64,000 bases of DNA from Puniceicoccales bacterium (GCA_031257405.1 JAIROS010000017.1:34046-98045), one strand, 5' to 3'; shown: positions 1 through 8,831, counted from the first letter of the stretch. Numbers and translations: made by a program. The notes: generated by a model from the letters alone, not told the origin.

Positions 1-1239
1 GGCCAAACCCACGATTTCAAGATCATCAAAATCAATCTCGAGCGCAAAAATATCGTTATATCCCGCCGCGAACTCATCGAGGAAGAGCGCAAAGAAAAGC
101 GTTTCAAGGCGATGACCAGTATTCAGGTGGGGAATATTTGCCGCGGTGTGGTCAAGAACATTACGGACTACGGGGTATTTGTGGATTTGGACGGGCTCGA
201 CGGCCTGCTGCACATTACGGACATGTCCTGGGGACGGATTTCCCACCCCGCTGAATTGGTACGGGTTGGGGAAGAGATCGAGGTCATGGTTCTCGAGATT
301 GATCCGGAGAAGGGGCGGGTCGCGCTAGGGATCAAACAGACCAAAAATAACCCCTGGGACAACATCGAACACCGCTATCCCATTGGGAGTCGGGTGAAGG
401 GTAAGGTGGTTAATCTCGTTCCTTACGGTGCGTTTATTGAGTTGGAACCGGGCGTCGAAGGTCTGATCCACGTAGCGGAAATGTCCTGGACCAAGCGCAT
501 TAACAAGCCGAACGAGCTTCTAAAGGTGGGCGACGAAATCGAAGCGGCGGTTATTGGCATTGAGAAGGCGAATCAGAAAATTGCGTTAGGGATCAAGCAG
601 CTGGAGGAAAATCCCTGGGAAATGGTCAAGCACAACTATCCCGTAGGCGCGCACATCCGCGGTACTATTCGCAATTTAACGAATTACGGTGCGTTTGTGG
701 AATTGGAGGACGGCATTGACGGGATGATCCACGTTTCGGACATTAGTTGGACGAAGAAGATCAATCAGCCGAGTGAAGTTCTGAAGAAGGGCGACGTTGT
801 GGACGCGATTATTATTGACATTGATCCGGGGCAGCAGCGCATTGCACTTGGCATCAAACAGCTGACAAACGATCCTTGGGAGCACATTGAGACGCTCTTT
901 CAGATTGGCAGTCTTGTTGTTGGGCGGGTGGTAAAAATCACTTCCTACGGGGCATTTATTGAGCTTCAGAATGGCATTGATGGGATGGTACACATTAGTC
1001 AGGTATCCGAGGATCGGGTTGAGAAGATCAAGGATATTTTAGGGATTGGGAGTGAAGTGACGGCGCGTGTCATCAAGATTGATCGCAACGAGCGGCGCAT
1101 TGGGCTTTCGATCAAGGCGGCCAACTACGATGCCAGTGCGCTTGAAGCTGAGATCAAGGCTTACGACAAGTTAAAGAGCGACCAGGAATTGACTAATCTC
1201 GGTGCGATATTTGACAAAATTGACATGGAGAACGTCTGA
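1..1239 (+). CDS. rpsA: 30S ribosomal protein S1, 3' portion (5' end lies upstream of window)
   Basis: Frame 1 is open from base 1 (GQTHDFKIIKINLERKNIVISRRELIEE...) into the 112..1239 ORF. Four tandem S1/OB repeats show the GxVxxIxxYGAFVxL...G(L/M)xHxS pattern. Confidence 0.95.
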   Translation, partial: GQTHDFKIIKINLERKNIVISRRELIEEERKEKRFKAMTSIQVGNICRGVVKNITDYGVFVDLDGLDGLLHITDMSWGRISHPAELVRVGEEIEVMVLEIDPEKGRVALGIKQTKNNPWDNIEHRYPIGSRVKGKVVNLVPYGAFIELEPGVEGLIHVAEMSWTKRINKPNELLKVGDEIEAAVIGIEKANQKIALGIKQLEENPWEMVKHNYPVGAHIRGTIRNLTNYGAFVELEDGIDGMIHVSDISWTKKINQPSEVLKKGDVVDAIIIDIDPGQQRIALGIKQLTNDPWEHIETLFQIGSLVVGRVVKITSYGAFIELQNGIDGMVHISQVSEDRVEKIKDILGIGSEVTARVIKIDRNERRIGLSIKAANYDASALEAEIKAYDKLKSDQELTNLGAIFDKIDMENV

Positions 1240-1245
1240 TTTTTT

Positions 1246-1500
1246 GAAATTATTTTACAATCGCGCCCATTTTTGCGCCAGTGGAAATGGGTTTTCATCG
1301 GGCAGAAATTTTTTGAATTATAAAAATCATTGAGATGAAAATTCGGCATTGGAAATATCCGATCGATGTCGGAAATTTCCATTTTTTTGGAATTATTTTA
1401 CAATCGCAGCTGTTTTTGCGCCAGTGGAGATGGGGTCCTGATTTGAGAAAATTTTATGAAAATTATGGGAATAACTGCCGATCGATGTTCATGGCGAGGG
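1246..1500. repeat. Diverged tandem duplication (period ~143 bp) at the convergent rpsA / ftsL-like junction
   Basis: attattttacaatcgc...gcgccagtgga(a/g)atggg at 1246-1291 recurs at 1389-1434. ccgatcgatgt at 1359-1369 recurs at 1478-1488, inside the 3' end of ORF 1463..1813. Confidence 0.8.
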
Positions 1501-1813
1501 CATTGCGCGTCATGTGCGAACCCTTGTAACTAGCCCACTCGCGCACGTGAAATACGCGTTCCGGGGCACCCGAAAGCGCCAGTAACTTCCCCTTCAAATA
1601 ATAGGCGGTCTGCATCTGCGCGATCCTCGCCAACAACAAAAGCGTCTCACTCTCCAGTACACCGCATTGCGCCTCGATTTTTTTCAAATTATTGGCGTGG
1701 TTAAAGGCCTCTTGGCGGAAGTGGAGCACCCCGAGTACCGCCGCAAAAAATACAAACACAGTGCAGATCCCCAGCGAAATGATCAACTGATAGTTAATAA
1801 ATTGTTTCTTCAT
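1463..1813 (-). CDS. FtsL-like small bitopic membrane protein (positional call)
   Basis: 116 aa with one N-terminal TM helix (LIISLGICTVFVFFAAVLGVL) followed by a coiled-coil-like region. It sits directly downstream of mraZ-rsmH, as ftsL does in dcw clusters. Confidence 0.45.
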   Translation of the reverse strand: MKKQFINYQLIISLGICTVFVFFAAVLGVLHFRQEAFNHANNLKKIEAQCGVLESETLLLLARIAQMQTAYYLKGKLLALSGAPERVFHVREWASYKGSHMTRNALAMNIDRQLFP

Positions 1814-1825
1814 TTTTAATTTATT

Positions 1826-2746
1826 TTAAAATTTTTCTAAAGCCCTTAATTTCGCCGAACGACAGCGGTGATTTGTAAAAATTTCCCCACTATCGGGAAC
1901 TTCCGGGCGCTTGGTCAAAATCGTCGCGACGCGCGGCCGATCACTATATTTTTCATGGCGATCGACGGTCTTGCCGGATTTTTCATTAAAAAATCGTTTT
2001 ACGATGCGGTCTTCCAGGGAGTGAAAACTGAGCGCGACGAGCCGTCCGCCGGCGGCCAAAAGATCGAACGCCCGGGGCAATGCCCCCCTAATTTCCTCCA
2101 ATTCCCCGTTAATCGCGATCCGTAAACCCTGAAATGTCTGCGTCGCGGGATGAATTTTTTTGTAAAATTTTGCGGGCAAATTTTCAGCGATTAGTGCGGC
2201 GAAAGAATCGGCGTACTGCAGCGCACCGCTCCCCCGATTTTCCAAAATGAGGTCCACAATTTTCCGCCAACGGCGCTCCTCCCCGCAATCGCGTATCGCC
2301 TCCTCCAATTGCCATCGGCTGGCCGTTTCGAGAAATTCACGCGCCGGAATCCCCCGCGTCGGGTCCATGCGCATGTCCAATTTTGTGTGATAGCGAAAGG
2401 AAAAACCGCGGCTCGGATCGTCCAACTGCAGCGAAGATACCCCAAAATCAAAAAATATGCCGCGCAAAAAAGGTAAAGAAAGCGCCCCGATTTGCGAAAA
2501 AGTTGTACAAAAAAAATGAAATCGCTCGCCAAAAAGTTGCTTCAAAGCGGCCGCTCGACCTTTAGCTTCCGGATCCCGATCGACGGCGAAGAGTCTAATG
2601 TCGGGGAAATTTTCCAGGAAATAGCGGCTGTGCCCCCCCCCCCCAAATGTGCTGTCCAAAAAATCGCCGCCGCGTCGCAAATCGAGGTAATGAGCCACTT
2701 TTTGCGGCATAATGGGGACGTGGACCGCTGCGTTTTCACCGCTCAT
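1826..2746 (-). CDS. rsmH: 16S rRNA (cytosine1402-N4)-methyltransferase
   Basis: HVPIM...DSTFGGGGHS SAM-binding motif, FDFGVSSLQLD and SFHSLEDRIVK motifs. 4-nt overlap with mraZ. Confidence 0.95.
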   Translation of the reverse strand: MSGENAAVHVPIMPQKVAHYLDLRRGGDFLDSTFGGGGHSRYFLENFPDIRLFAVDRDPEAKGRAAALKQLFGERFHFFCTTFSQIGALSLPFLRGIFFDFGVSSLQLDDPSRGFSFRYHTKLDMRMDPTRGIPAREFLETASRWQLEEAIRDCGEERRWRKIVDLILENRGSGALQYADSFAALIAENLPAKFYKKIHPATQTFQGLRIAINGELEEIRGALPRAFDLLAAGGRLVALSFHSLEDRIVKRFFNEKSGKTVDRHEKYSDRPRVATILTKRPEVPDSGEIFTNHRCRSAKLRALEKF

Positions 2747-3192
2747 AGGCCCAACCCTTTCAGAATGGATGCGATATCCTGCGGCGATTCCCGTCGGACG
2801 TAAATTCTGAATTTCTCAGGATTCCAAATGCTAAACGTGCTGCCGCCGCCCACCAATACGACTTCGGTACCAATGTCCCCGTGTTTTACCAATCTTTCAT
2901 CAATTTTTACACGCCCTTTGGCATCGCAGGTAAAAGTATCCGCTTGGGAAAACAATTTCGCAAGGACCATCTGCCCTTCCGTGTCCCCCAGACTGACTTC
3001 CGACACCTTTTCCTCCAGGCGCGCGACCATTTTAGGCGGGTAGACCGTGATGCAACCGATGGGATTAGGGAGGGCTAAAAAAGTTTCATCCTCACTTTCG
3101 GGGCGCCATTTCGACGGTAAAGCGACGCGCAATTTCTCATCAACCGCCCGTTCATGCTCCCCAACATAAAAACTTTTTACCAAAAAATTCAC
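2743..3192 (-). CDS. mraZ: Transcriptional regulator MraZ
   Basis: 149 aa, two-fold SpoVT/AbrB-like organisation (DEKLRVALPSKWR ... DAKGRVKIDERL). GTG start. First gene of the mraZ-rsmH pair. Confidence 0.9.
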   Translation of the reverse strand: MNFLVKSFYVGEHERAVDEKLRVALPSKWRPESEDETFLALPNPIGCITVYPPKMVARLEEKVSEVSLGDTEGQMVLAKLFSQADTFTCDAKGRVKIDERLVKHGDIGTEVVLVGGGSTFSIWNPEKFRIYVRRESPQDIASILKGLGL

Positions 3193-3223
3193 AACTCAGC
3201 TCCGCTCACAACGGCCCCTATCG

Positions 3224-3256
3224 TTCCATAATTTCCCACAAGTCCCCACTAGTCAA
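3224..3256 (-). promoter_or_regulatory. Candidate Pmra promoter with three 10-bp-phased MraZ-box-like repeats
   Basis: Minus strand reads TTGACT-agtGTGGGGacttGTGGGAaattATGGAAcg. TTGACT (3251-3256) is followed after 17 nt by AATTAT. Boxes lie at 3244-3249, 3234-3239 and 3224-3229, about 30 nt upstream of the mraZ GTG. Confidence 0.5.
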
Positions 3257-3527
3257 CATTTTTCTAATACCCAAAATATCCAACGATGCAAGATTTACTT
3301 TAGATTAACGAAAAAAATTTTCTTTGCGCCGAGCCGGAGAAATTTTGAAGCGTTATGAAGCGAATATTTTTAAATATTTTTCACGTAATTTCACTGAGCG
3401 CCACATTACCCCACACAGAAGTTGCTTCAAAACTTCCCAAATTCACCAAAAAATACCTACACAACCGGGCCCCAAAAGAAAAATTTTTCGGGAAAGTTAT
3501 CCATTAAGTAATAAGTTTATAAAAAAA

Positions 3528-3618
3528 CAGGCCCCGCGGCGTAGCCGCGGGGCCTGAGCGCCCTCAGCCCAAGGAGCATAGCTCCTCTTAAGGGGTTCAA
3601 GGGGAAGGAGTCCCCTTG
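3528..3618. repeat. GC-rich palindrome cluster, element A
   Basis: Perfect 13-bp stem with GTA loop at 3528-3556. aggagc-ata-gctcct at 3572-3586. caagggg-7nt-ccccttg at 3598-3618, overlapping the last codons of the PAP2 gene. 3529-3553 is identical to 34905-34929. Confidence 0.85.
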
Positions 3619-4112
3619 GAAATCCCCTTCGCTGGCGGAAATACAAACAATCTATCAATCAAAAATGCAATCGAAAATCCAACAATAACGTCCCGCCAAT
3701 GATGATATTGCCCATAAATTCGACTGTAGGCGGTCAAAGCAGCGAGCACGACCATCGGTGCCCCCCACCTCCACCCGTAGCGCCTGTACAAAAAAAATGC
3801 CCCCTGGAAAGAAGCCGCCGCGTGGCCCGACGGAAAAGATTTCGTCCCCCCATAGGGGCGAACGCCGATCGCCCAATCACCCGTAAAAAATTTTATACCC
3901 TGCACAACGATCACCATTAAAATAAGAGCACCGGTAAATTGCCCGAAGCCCTCCCGATCCCTGCGGAAAATACTCACCGCAAAACCCATACACGGAATGG
4001 CGATTTGTAAGTAATTTCCAGCTATTACCAGCGGTTCTCGACTACCCAAAATAAAAAAAAAGCAGCCTAAAATGGTCAATAAAAATATAATTCTCAAACC
4101 CTGAACACTCAT
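3597..4112 (-). CDS. PAP2-family membrane phosphatase
   Basis: KSFPSGHAA and SRIYGQYHHWRDV acid-phosphatase motifs, multiple TM helices. Start moved to Met67 (4112) because the upstream part of ORF 3597..4310 translates tRNA-Asp. Confidence 0.8.
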   Translation of the reverse strand: MSVQGLRIIFLLTILGCFFFILGSREPLVIAGNYLQIAIPCMGFAVSIFRRDREGFGQFTGALILMVIVVQGIKFFTGDWAIGVRPYGGTKSFPSGHAAASFQGAFFLYRRYGWRWGAPMVVLAALTAYSRIYGQYHHWRDVIVGFSIAFLIDRLFVFPPAKGISKGTPSP

Positions 4113-4164
4113 TTCAGGCCCAGTCTTTACGACATTTCCGCCGGTGTCAAGATTAAAAGTAGGC

Positions 4165-4241
4165 TGGCGGGATGGACGGGACTCGAACCCGCGACCTCCT
4201 GCGTGACAGGCAGGCGCTCTAACCAATTGAGCTACCACCCC
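4165..4241 (-). tRNA. tRNA-Asp (GUC)
   Basis: Reverse complement GGGGTGGTAGCTCAATTGGTTAGAGCGCCTGCCTGTCACGCAGGAGGTCGCGGGTTCGAGTCCCGTCCATCCCGCCA. Cloverleaf with CTGTCAC anticodon loop, GGTTCGAGTCC T-arm and encoded CCA. Confidence 0.95.
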
Positions 4242-4321
4242 CTTTACGCCGAATGATGCTGAAAGTTGCACGCCCATTGTCAAGCTCCGTTTAAAAAATT
4301 GTCGCCCCATAATCAGCTAAA

Positions 4322-4586
4322 ATCCAGCCGGTTCCGATCGCCCTAAAACGGAAAAACTTTCGACTCAAATGGCTCCATGGCTCCAAAATTTTCCACCCAC
4401 CGATGCTCGAAAAAATCCCGATGGCCGGCCATTGAAAAATATCTCCACCGGTAACATCCAGCCGGTTCCGATCGCCCTAAAACGGAAAAACTTTCGACTC
4501 AAATGGCCTCATGGCCCCAAAATTCTCCACCCACCGATGCTCGAAAAAATCCCGATGGCCATTGAAAAATATCTCCACCGGTAACA
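4322..4586. repeat. Tandem duplication (period 134 bp) of the fmt 3' end plus about 20 bp downstream
   Basis: Copy 4322-4456 versus copy 4456-4586: four substitutions and one 4-bp indel (ggcc). The gene-distal copy is a frameshifted pseudo 3' end of fmt. Confidence 0.95.
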
Positions 4587-5481
4587 TTTTTTTCCCCGGC
4601 TTCTGCAGACTACCTATCACAATCGCACTCCGCCGCCCACAACCAATACACCAGCGATCACCATGTAAAAAAATTTGACACGGCTCACAGGAAATATCCT
4701 CAAACCATCGCTCACTCTCAATCTTACAAAACTCCCCGCCTACACCAATCATACAGCCGGGATGGGGCGTCAGTGCGCGGATGCGCCAAATTAATTCCCG
4801 CGCCGGATGATGAAAATTTAACCCCATATCCCCCTTCTCTACCTTCCGACAAAACGTTACCCCCAACGGATCCTGGACTTCCCGCCTAAACGTCCCCTCC
4901 AGCAAAGAATGTAAATTGCGTTTCAAAATTTCCTTTGCGGCCAGCGATAACTTTTGGGTAACGGACGCCACGTTGTCAGCGCTTTCGATCGCCACGGCCT
5001 CCCGATCCAACACGTCGCCGGCATCCATCTCCTTGACCACCTCCATCAATGAAATCCCCGTCTCGGAAACCCCGGAGGCAATCGCCGCTTCAATGGGCGC
5101 CGCCCCACGAAAACGCGGCAGTAAAGAAGCGTGAAAATTAAAAATCCCCCGCCCCGGTAATTCGCGGACCGCTTTCCCTAAAATATGCCCGTACGCCATC
5201 ACCAAAATTAGGTCGCAACCTGACTCCCCCATCCATTTTACCGTCTCCTCCCTAGGTTTTTCGGGGCGAAATAGCGGGATAGAATGTTCCATGGCCCACC
5301 GCGCGACGGAATTGGGTAGTAATTTTTGTCCGCGGCCCGACCTCCGATCCGGCTGCGTCACAACGCCACTCAAAATCCCCCCCCACTCGCTCCCCAACAG
5401 GAGGTGTTCCAACAGGAGGTGTTCCAACAGGGGTAACGCGATGGAATGCGACCCCATAAATATTATTTTTTGCTGCTCCAC
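4477..5481 (-). CDS. fmt: Methionyl-tRNA formyltransferase
   Basis: IIFMGS...VVTQPDRRSGRGQK, NFHASLLPRFRGAAPI (formyltransferase HxSLLP motif), C-terminal Fmt domain. Confidence 0.95.
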   Translation of the reverse strand: MEQQKIIFMGSHSIALPLLEHLLLEHLLLGSEWGGILSGVVTQPDRRSGRGQKLLPNSVARWAMEHSIPLFRPEKPREETVKWMGESGCDLILVMAYGHILGKAVRELPGRGIFNFHASLLPRFRGAAPIEAAIASGVSETGISLMEVVKEMDAGDVLDREAVAIESADNVASVTQKLSLAAKEILKRNLHSLLEGTFRREVQDPLGVTFCRKVEKGDMGLNFHHPARELIWRIRALTPHPGCMIGVGGEFCKIESERWFEDISCEPCQIFLHGDRWCIGCGRRSAIVIGSLQKPGKKMLPVEIFFNGHRDFFEHRWVENFGAMRPFESKVFPF

Positions 5482-5603
5482 GGAAGTGATTTTTGCGTTA
5501 AAAAACTTTCCGCAAGCCCGTTTTTTCGTAAAAATTTAAAGAAAAATAATCAAACTCATGAAAATTATTGCTTAGCCGAACGATCCCCATTAGTCATTGA
5601 ATC

Positions 5604-6476
5604 ATGGTTAAGGGCATATATTTTTCGTTTTTTCTATCCTATATCGCGGCGGCCACGCTCCTCCTGTTAGCCGGGATAAATGCTAGTATTATTGCGATTG
5701 TAGCGGCATTATTTTTATGGGGATTTTACTTTTTTCACCAAAAATGCCTGCAGAAAGTCCTGTCCCAATTGCACGCGCTCTACGACATCGCCCAGGTGCG
5801 GGGAATTTTTACAAGCGTGGCCTCCCACGAACTGCGGAATCCCATGGCAACCATCTATTCTTCGGTCGACCTCATCGAAAATTACCCCGAAAGCCTTTCC
5901 GAAAGCGAAAAAGCCCACCTTTTCGAAAATGTCCGAAAAAATATCCACCGCATGACAAAAATGATGGACGACATCGTGACAATCGGAAAATTGCAACATA
6001 AACAAATTTTTTGCCTGCCCGAAGAAACGAATATTTTATCGCTGTGCAGCACGATTTGCGAAAGTTTGGAACCTTTCAAGGAGCGCATCGAAATAACGAT
6101 CCCTTTCCAGTTGCCGCTGAGCGTGATTATCGACCAGGCCCTCGTCGACCTCATTTTGAGCAATCTTCTGAATAATGCGCTAAAATATTCCGATCGGCCG
6201 GTCAAACTTCTCATAAATTTTAAAAATAATTCCCTAGTTTTCGACGTCGTCGACAAAGGAATCGGGATCCCGGAAAGCGAAATCGAAAAATTATCCCAAT
6301 TATTTGGGCGCTGTTCGAACACGGGGACGCGGAAAGGGATCGGCATTGGGATGTTTCTGGTCACGCACTGCGTAAAATTGCATCGCGGCAGAATGCAAAT
6401 TTTTTCGAAACAAAATCAAGGAACGCATTTCAGAATAACCCTTCCCGTGCTCCATGTTCAAAATATTGCTCATTGA
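5604..6476 (+). CDS. Sensor histidine kinase (2 TM, HisKA + HATPase_c, no obvious sensor domain)
   Basis: H-box SHELRNPMATI, N-box LLNNALKYS, G-boxes DKGIGIP and GIGIGMFL. Confidence 0.85.
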   Translation: MVKGIYFSFFLSYIAAATLLLLAGINASIIAIVAALFLWGFYFFHQKCLQKVLSQLHALYDIAQVRGIFTSVASHELRNPMATIYSSVDLIENYPESLSESEKAHLFENVRKNIHRMTKMMDDIVTIGKLQHKQIFCLPEETNILSLCSTICESLEPFKERIEITIPFQLPLSVIIDQALVDLILSNLLNNALKYSDRPVKLLINFKNNSLVFDVVDKGIGIPESEIEKLSQLFGRCSNTGTRKGIGIGMFLVTHCVKLHRGRMQIFSKQNQGTHFRITLPVLHVQNIAH

Positions 6477-6837
6477 AGACGATTTTTCGCTTCTATTCAC
6501 GCTGGAGAAGCTGTTGGAATGCCTGGGCTACAGCGCGATTGCGGCCGATAATGGCAACGATGGCTTGCTTCTGTACGAAAAAAATCCGTCCATCGACATC
6601 ATTCTCTGCGACATTGATACGCCGCTGCTGGATGGATTTCAATTTTTACAGCGGATTCAAGGGGGGAGTAGAAAAGTCCCGCCGTTTGCATTTATTTCGG
6701 CCTACGTCGACATAAAAGTTGTGCAAAAAACAAAGGCAATGGGTGCCGACTGCGTCATAAAAAAGCCCATCGACCAGGAAATTTTAAAAATAATTTTACT
6801 CGCCCTTCAAATGAAACGCGAGCTCGAACAAACTTAA
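6454..6837 (+). CDS. Stand-alone response-regulator receiver (CheY-like)
   Basis: ILLIEDD...DIILCDIDTPLLDG...KKP receiver signature. 23-nt overlap with the kinase gene. No output domain. Confidence 0.85.
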   Translation: MFKILLIEDDFSLLFTLEKLLECLGYSAIAADNGNDGLLLYEKNPSIDIILCDIDTPLLDGFQFLQRIQGGSRKVPPFAFISAYVDIKVVQKTKAMGADCVIKKPIDQEILKIILLALQMKRELEQT

Positions 6838-6887
6838 TTTAATGTAAAAAAATATTAAATATTGAATTAAAAATATTAAATATGGGA

Positions 6888-8120
6888 TTAGGCGTCGGTT
6901 TCAGTCGCATCTGTGTCCACATCTGTCTCCACATCTGTTTCCACATCTGTTTCTGTCTCCGTCTCCGCATTTGCCCTTAATCTCGCCCTGATCATATCAA
7001 TTACAGTCGGATCGCGATTACTTTCGGCATAGTCCATTGCAGTTTTTTCATCATTATCCGCCGCAGCCAAATCTATTCTGGGGAAATTCTCCAAAATTTT
7101 TCTGACAATTTCCGGATTTCCCGTGGCAACGGAAAGTATCAATAAATTCCGCCCTCTGGCATCTCTCCACTCCCCGTCTAACATCGGACCATGCTCCTCT
7201 ATAATTCTTGCCATTCCGTCTAAATCCCCTTCCATAATCGCATCACGTAATGCTTCTTCGTAAACAGGCTCCGGCCTTTCCGCTCTCATAGTAGCCAATT
7301 TAGCACGAAATTTCCTAATATTGCGCTGCGCCCTTCTGAGCGTTTTCTTTACAGTTTGGCCGTTTCTATCTCTTGCATCCGGATCAAAAGTAAGATTTCC
7401 CATTATCTTCTCAATGATTGGCAATAAAATTTCAAAATTTGGTTGGCCTACTTTCGGCACAAACTCATGCAGTATCGTTTGACCGAGACTATTGCGTGCA
7501 TCGGCATTGGCAGTAGGTAAGTCCAACAGGAGATTTAAAATTTCCCATGCCCTACACTTCGCGCACATGTGCAAAATCGTATCCCCCATCACATTGTATA
7601 AATTGGGATTAAATCTTGGAGCATTTATCAGCAACCGCGCTATCTCAGCCGCCAATCCGGGCCTCATTCTCTCAAACCTTTCCCTTTGGCAAACCACAAA
7701 CATGATCAGTGTCTCCCGTCTCTGCTCATTTACGATCGCATTAGGATTAACTCCTGCACCTAACAAAAAGGCAATGGTATTTGTATCTCCATCAATTACG
7801 GCCTGTATTAATTGTCTTTCCAGCGAAGGCTCTTCGTTCACCGGGTTTCCCCTTACTACAAAACCCGGATTGAGCAATCCTGGAAAAAACAGAGGAGGAA
7901 GAAACGGAAACATTCTTACCGCTGGCTGTCCTCTTTCCACTTCCCTACGCGGTGCCTCTTCCCCTGGCAGTATTCTCGCCGCGCCCTCTTCTCCTACTTC
8001 CTCTGGCGGTGCTTCTCCTAAATTCGATGCGCCGGACCCGTCATCAGCAGAAGCCAGCAGCACTCCACTTCCACCTAATAATAACAGAACTGTGCTTATT
8101 TTACTTATTTTACGTGACAT
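6888..8120 (-). CDS. Secreted ankyrin-repeat protein with acidic (E/D-T-D-V)n C-terminal tail
   Basis: Signal-peptide-like N-terminus (KISTVLLLLGGSGVLLASA). Several ANK-like units (GDTILHMCAK, LGQTILHEFV, RGRNLLILSVATGNPEIVRKIL). Tail is ETETETDVETDVETDVDTDATETDA. Confidence 0.8.
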   Translation of the reverse strand: MSRKISKISTVLLLLGGSGVLLASADDGSGASNLGEAPPEEVGEEGAARILPGEEAPRREVERGQPAVRMFPFLPPLFFPGLLNPGFVVRGNPVNEEPSLERQLIQAVIDGDTNTIAFLLGAGVNPNAIVNEQRRETLIMFVVCQRERFERMRPGLAAEIARLLINAPRFNPNLYNVMGDTILHMCAKCRAWEILNLLLDLPTANADARNSLGQTILHEFVPKVGQPNFEILLPIIEKIMGNLTFDPDARDRNGQTVKKTLRRAQRNIRKFRAKLATMRAERPEPVYEEALRDAIMEGDLDGMARIIEEHGPMLDGEWRDARGRNLLILSVATGNPEIVRKILENFPRIDLAAADNDEKTAMDYAESNRDPTVIDMIRARLRANAETETETDVETDVETDVDTDATETDA

Positions 8121-8283
8121 AATTCATCCTTCCACGGCCTATATAATACCAGAAAACTGAACCGCGTCAAGTTTTTTTTCGAAAAAAATATGAAATAAAT
8201 TATTTTTTATTTTTTGGGAGTTTAAAGAAAATTTCGTAAAGGATAAGTATTTTTTATTAAATTATAAAAAAAAGCAAAAAAAT

Positions 8284-8677
8284 GTTTTGCCTAGATATAA
8301 GCCGGATTCTGTAGGCTCTGCGCCCGGAATTCATTTATCTAATAACTTTTATAAGCTATTTCTCCCGGAGGAGATGCGACTAACCCGGAATAATCGGGCG
8401 AGCAACCCTATTCCTTATTTGTCTTGCACCGGATTGGGTTTCCATTGCGACGCCCATTGCTGCGCGCCCGGTGAGCCCTTACCTCGCCTTTTCACCCTTA
8501 CCTCGCGGCGGTATCCTTTCTGCTGTACTTTCCGTGGCCATCGTTTAGCGACAACCCCCGCACTTTCATGCGGAATCCTGCTCTGCGGTGTCCGGACTTT
8601 CCTATGGAGAAACGTTGCGGCGACAAAATATATCTCTCGTCCGCAGCCTCCCCCATCGAATTCCCTCTAGGCAAAAC
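8284..8677 (-). ncRNA. rnpB: RNase P RNA, bacterial type A
   Basis: Minus strand carries GGAAAGTCCGGAC (P4 5' strand), GGTAAGGGTGAAAAGGCGAGGTAAGGGCTCACC (P10-P12 region) and ACAGAATCCGGCTTAT (P4 3' strand). P1 pairs GTTTTGCCTAGA with TCTAGGCAAAAC at the two ends. Confidence 0.9.
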
Positions 8678-8831
8678 GCCACCAGTAGAACTAAAACTGC
8701 CACCGATGCAAGCTTTATTTTAATTTATTTTTTCGGTAAAAATTTTATGTCAATTTAATAATTTACCGGCGATAAAATTAAAATTACCACCGGCGTAAAT
8801 TTTATTTTTTCTTATCTTTTTTGAAAAACTT

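Noticed and set aside
4113-4310. N-terminal 66 codons of ORF 3597..4310
   Set aside because: This part simply translates the complement of tRNA-Asp (…VVAQLVRAPACHAGGRGFESRP…). The PAP2 protein starts at the internal Met at 4112.
4322-4586. Diversity-generating retroelement (TR/VR pair) at the fmt 3' end, suggested by the 134-bp unit length
   Set aside because: There are only four substitutions and they are not adenine-specific (three A-to-G, one G-to-A on the coding strand). There is no reverse transcriptase or accessory gene nearby, the target is a housekeeping enzyme, and the same duplication pattern occurs at many unrelated junctions.
8287-8670. 127-aa ORF on the + strand
   Set aside because: It lies entirely antisense to a well-supported RNase P RNA gene. 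The composition is Cys/Pro/Arg-rich and not protein-like.
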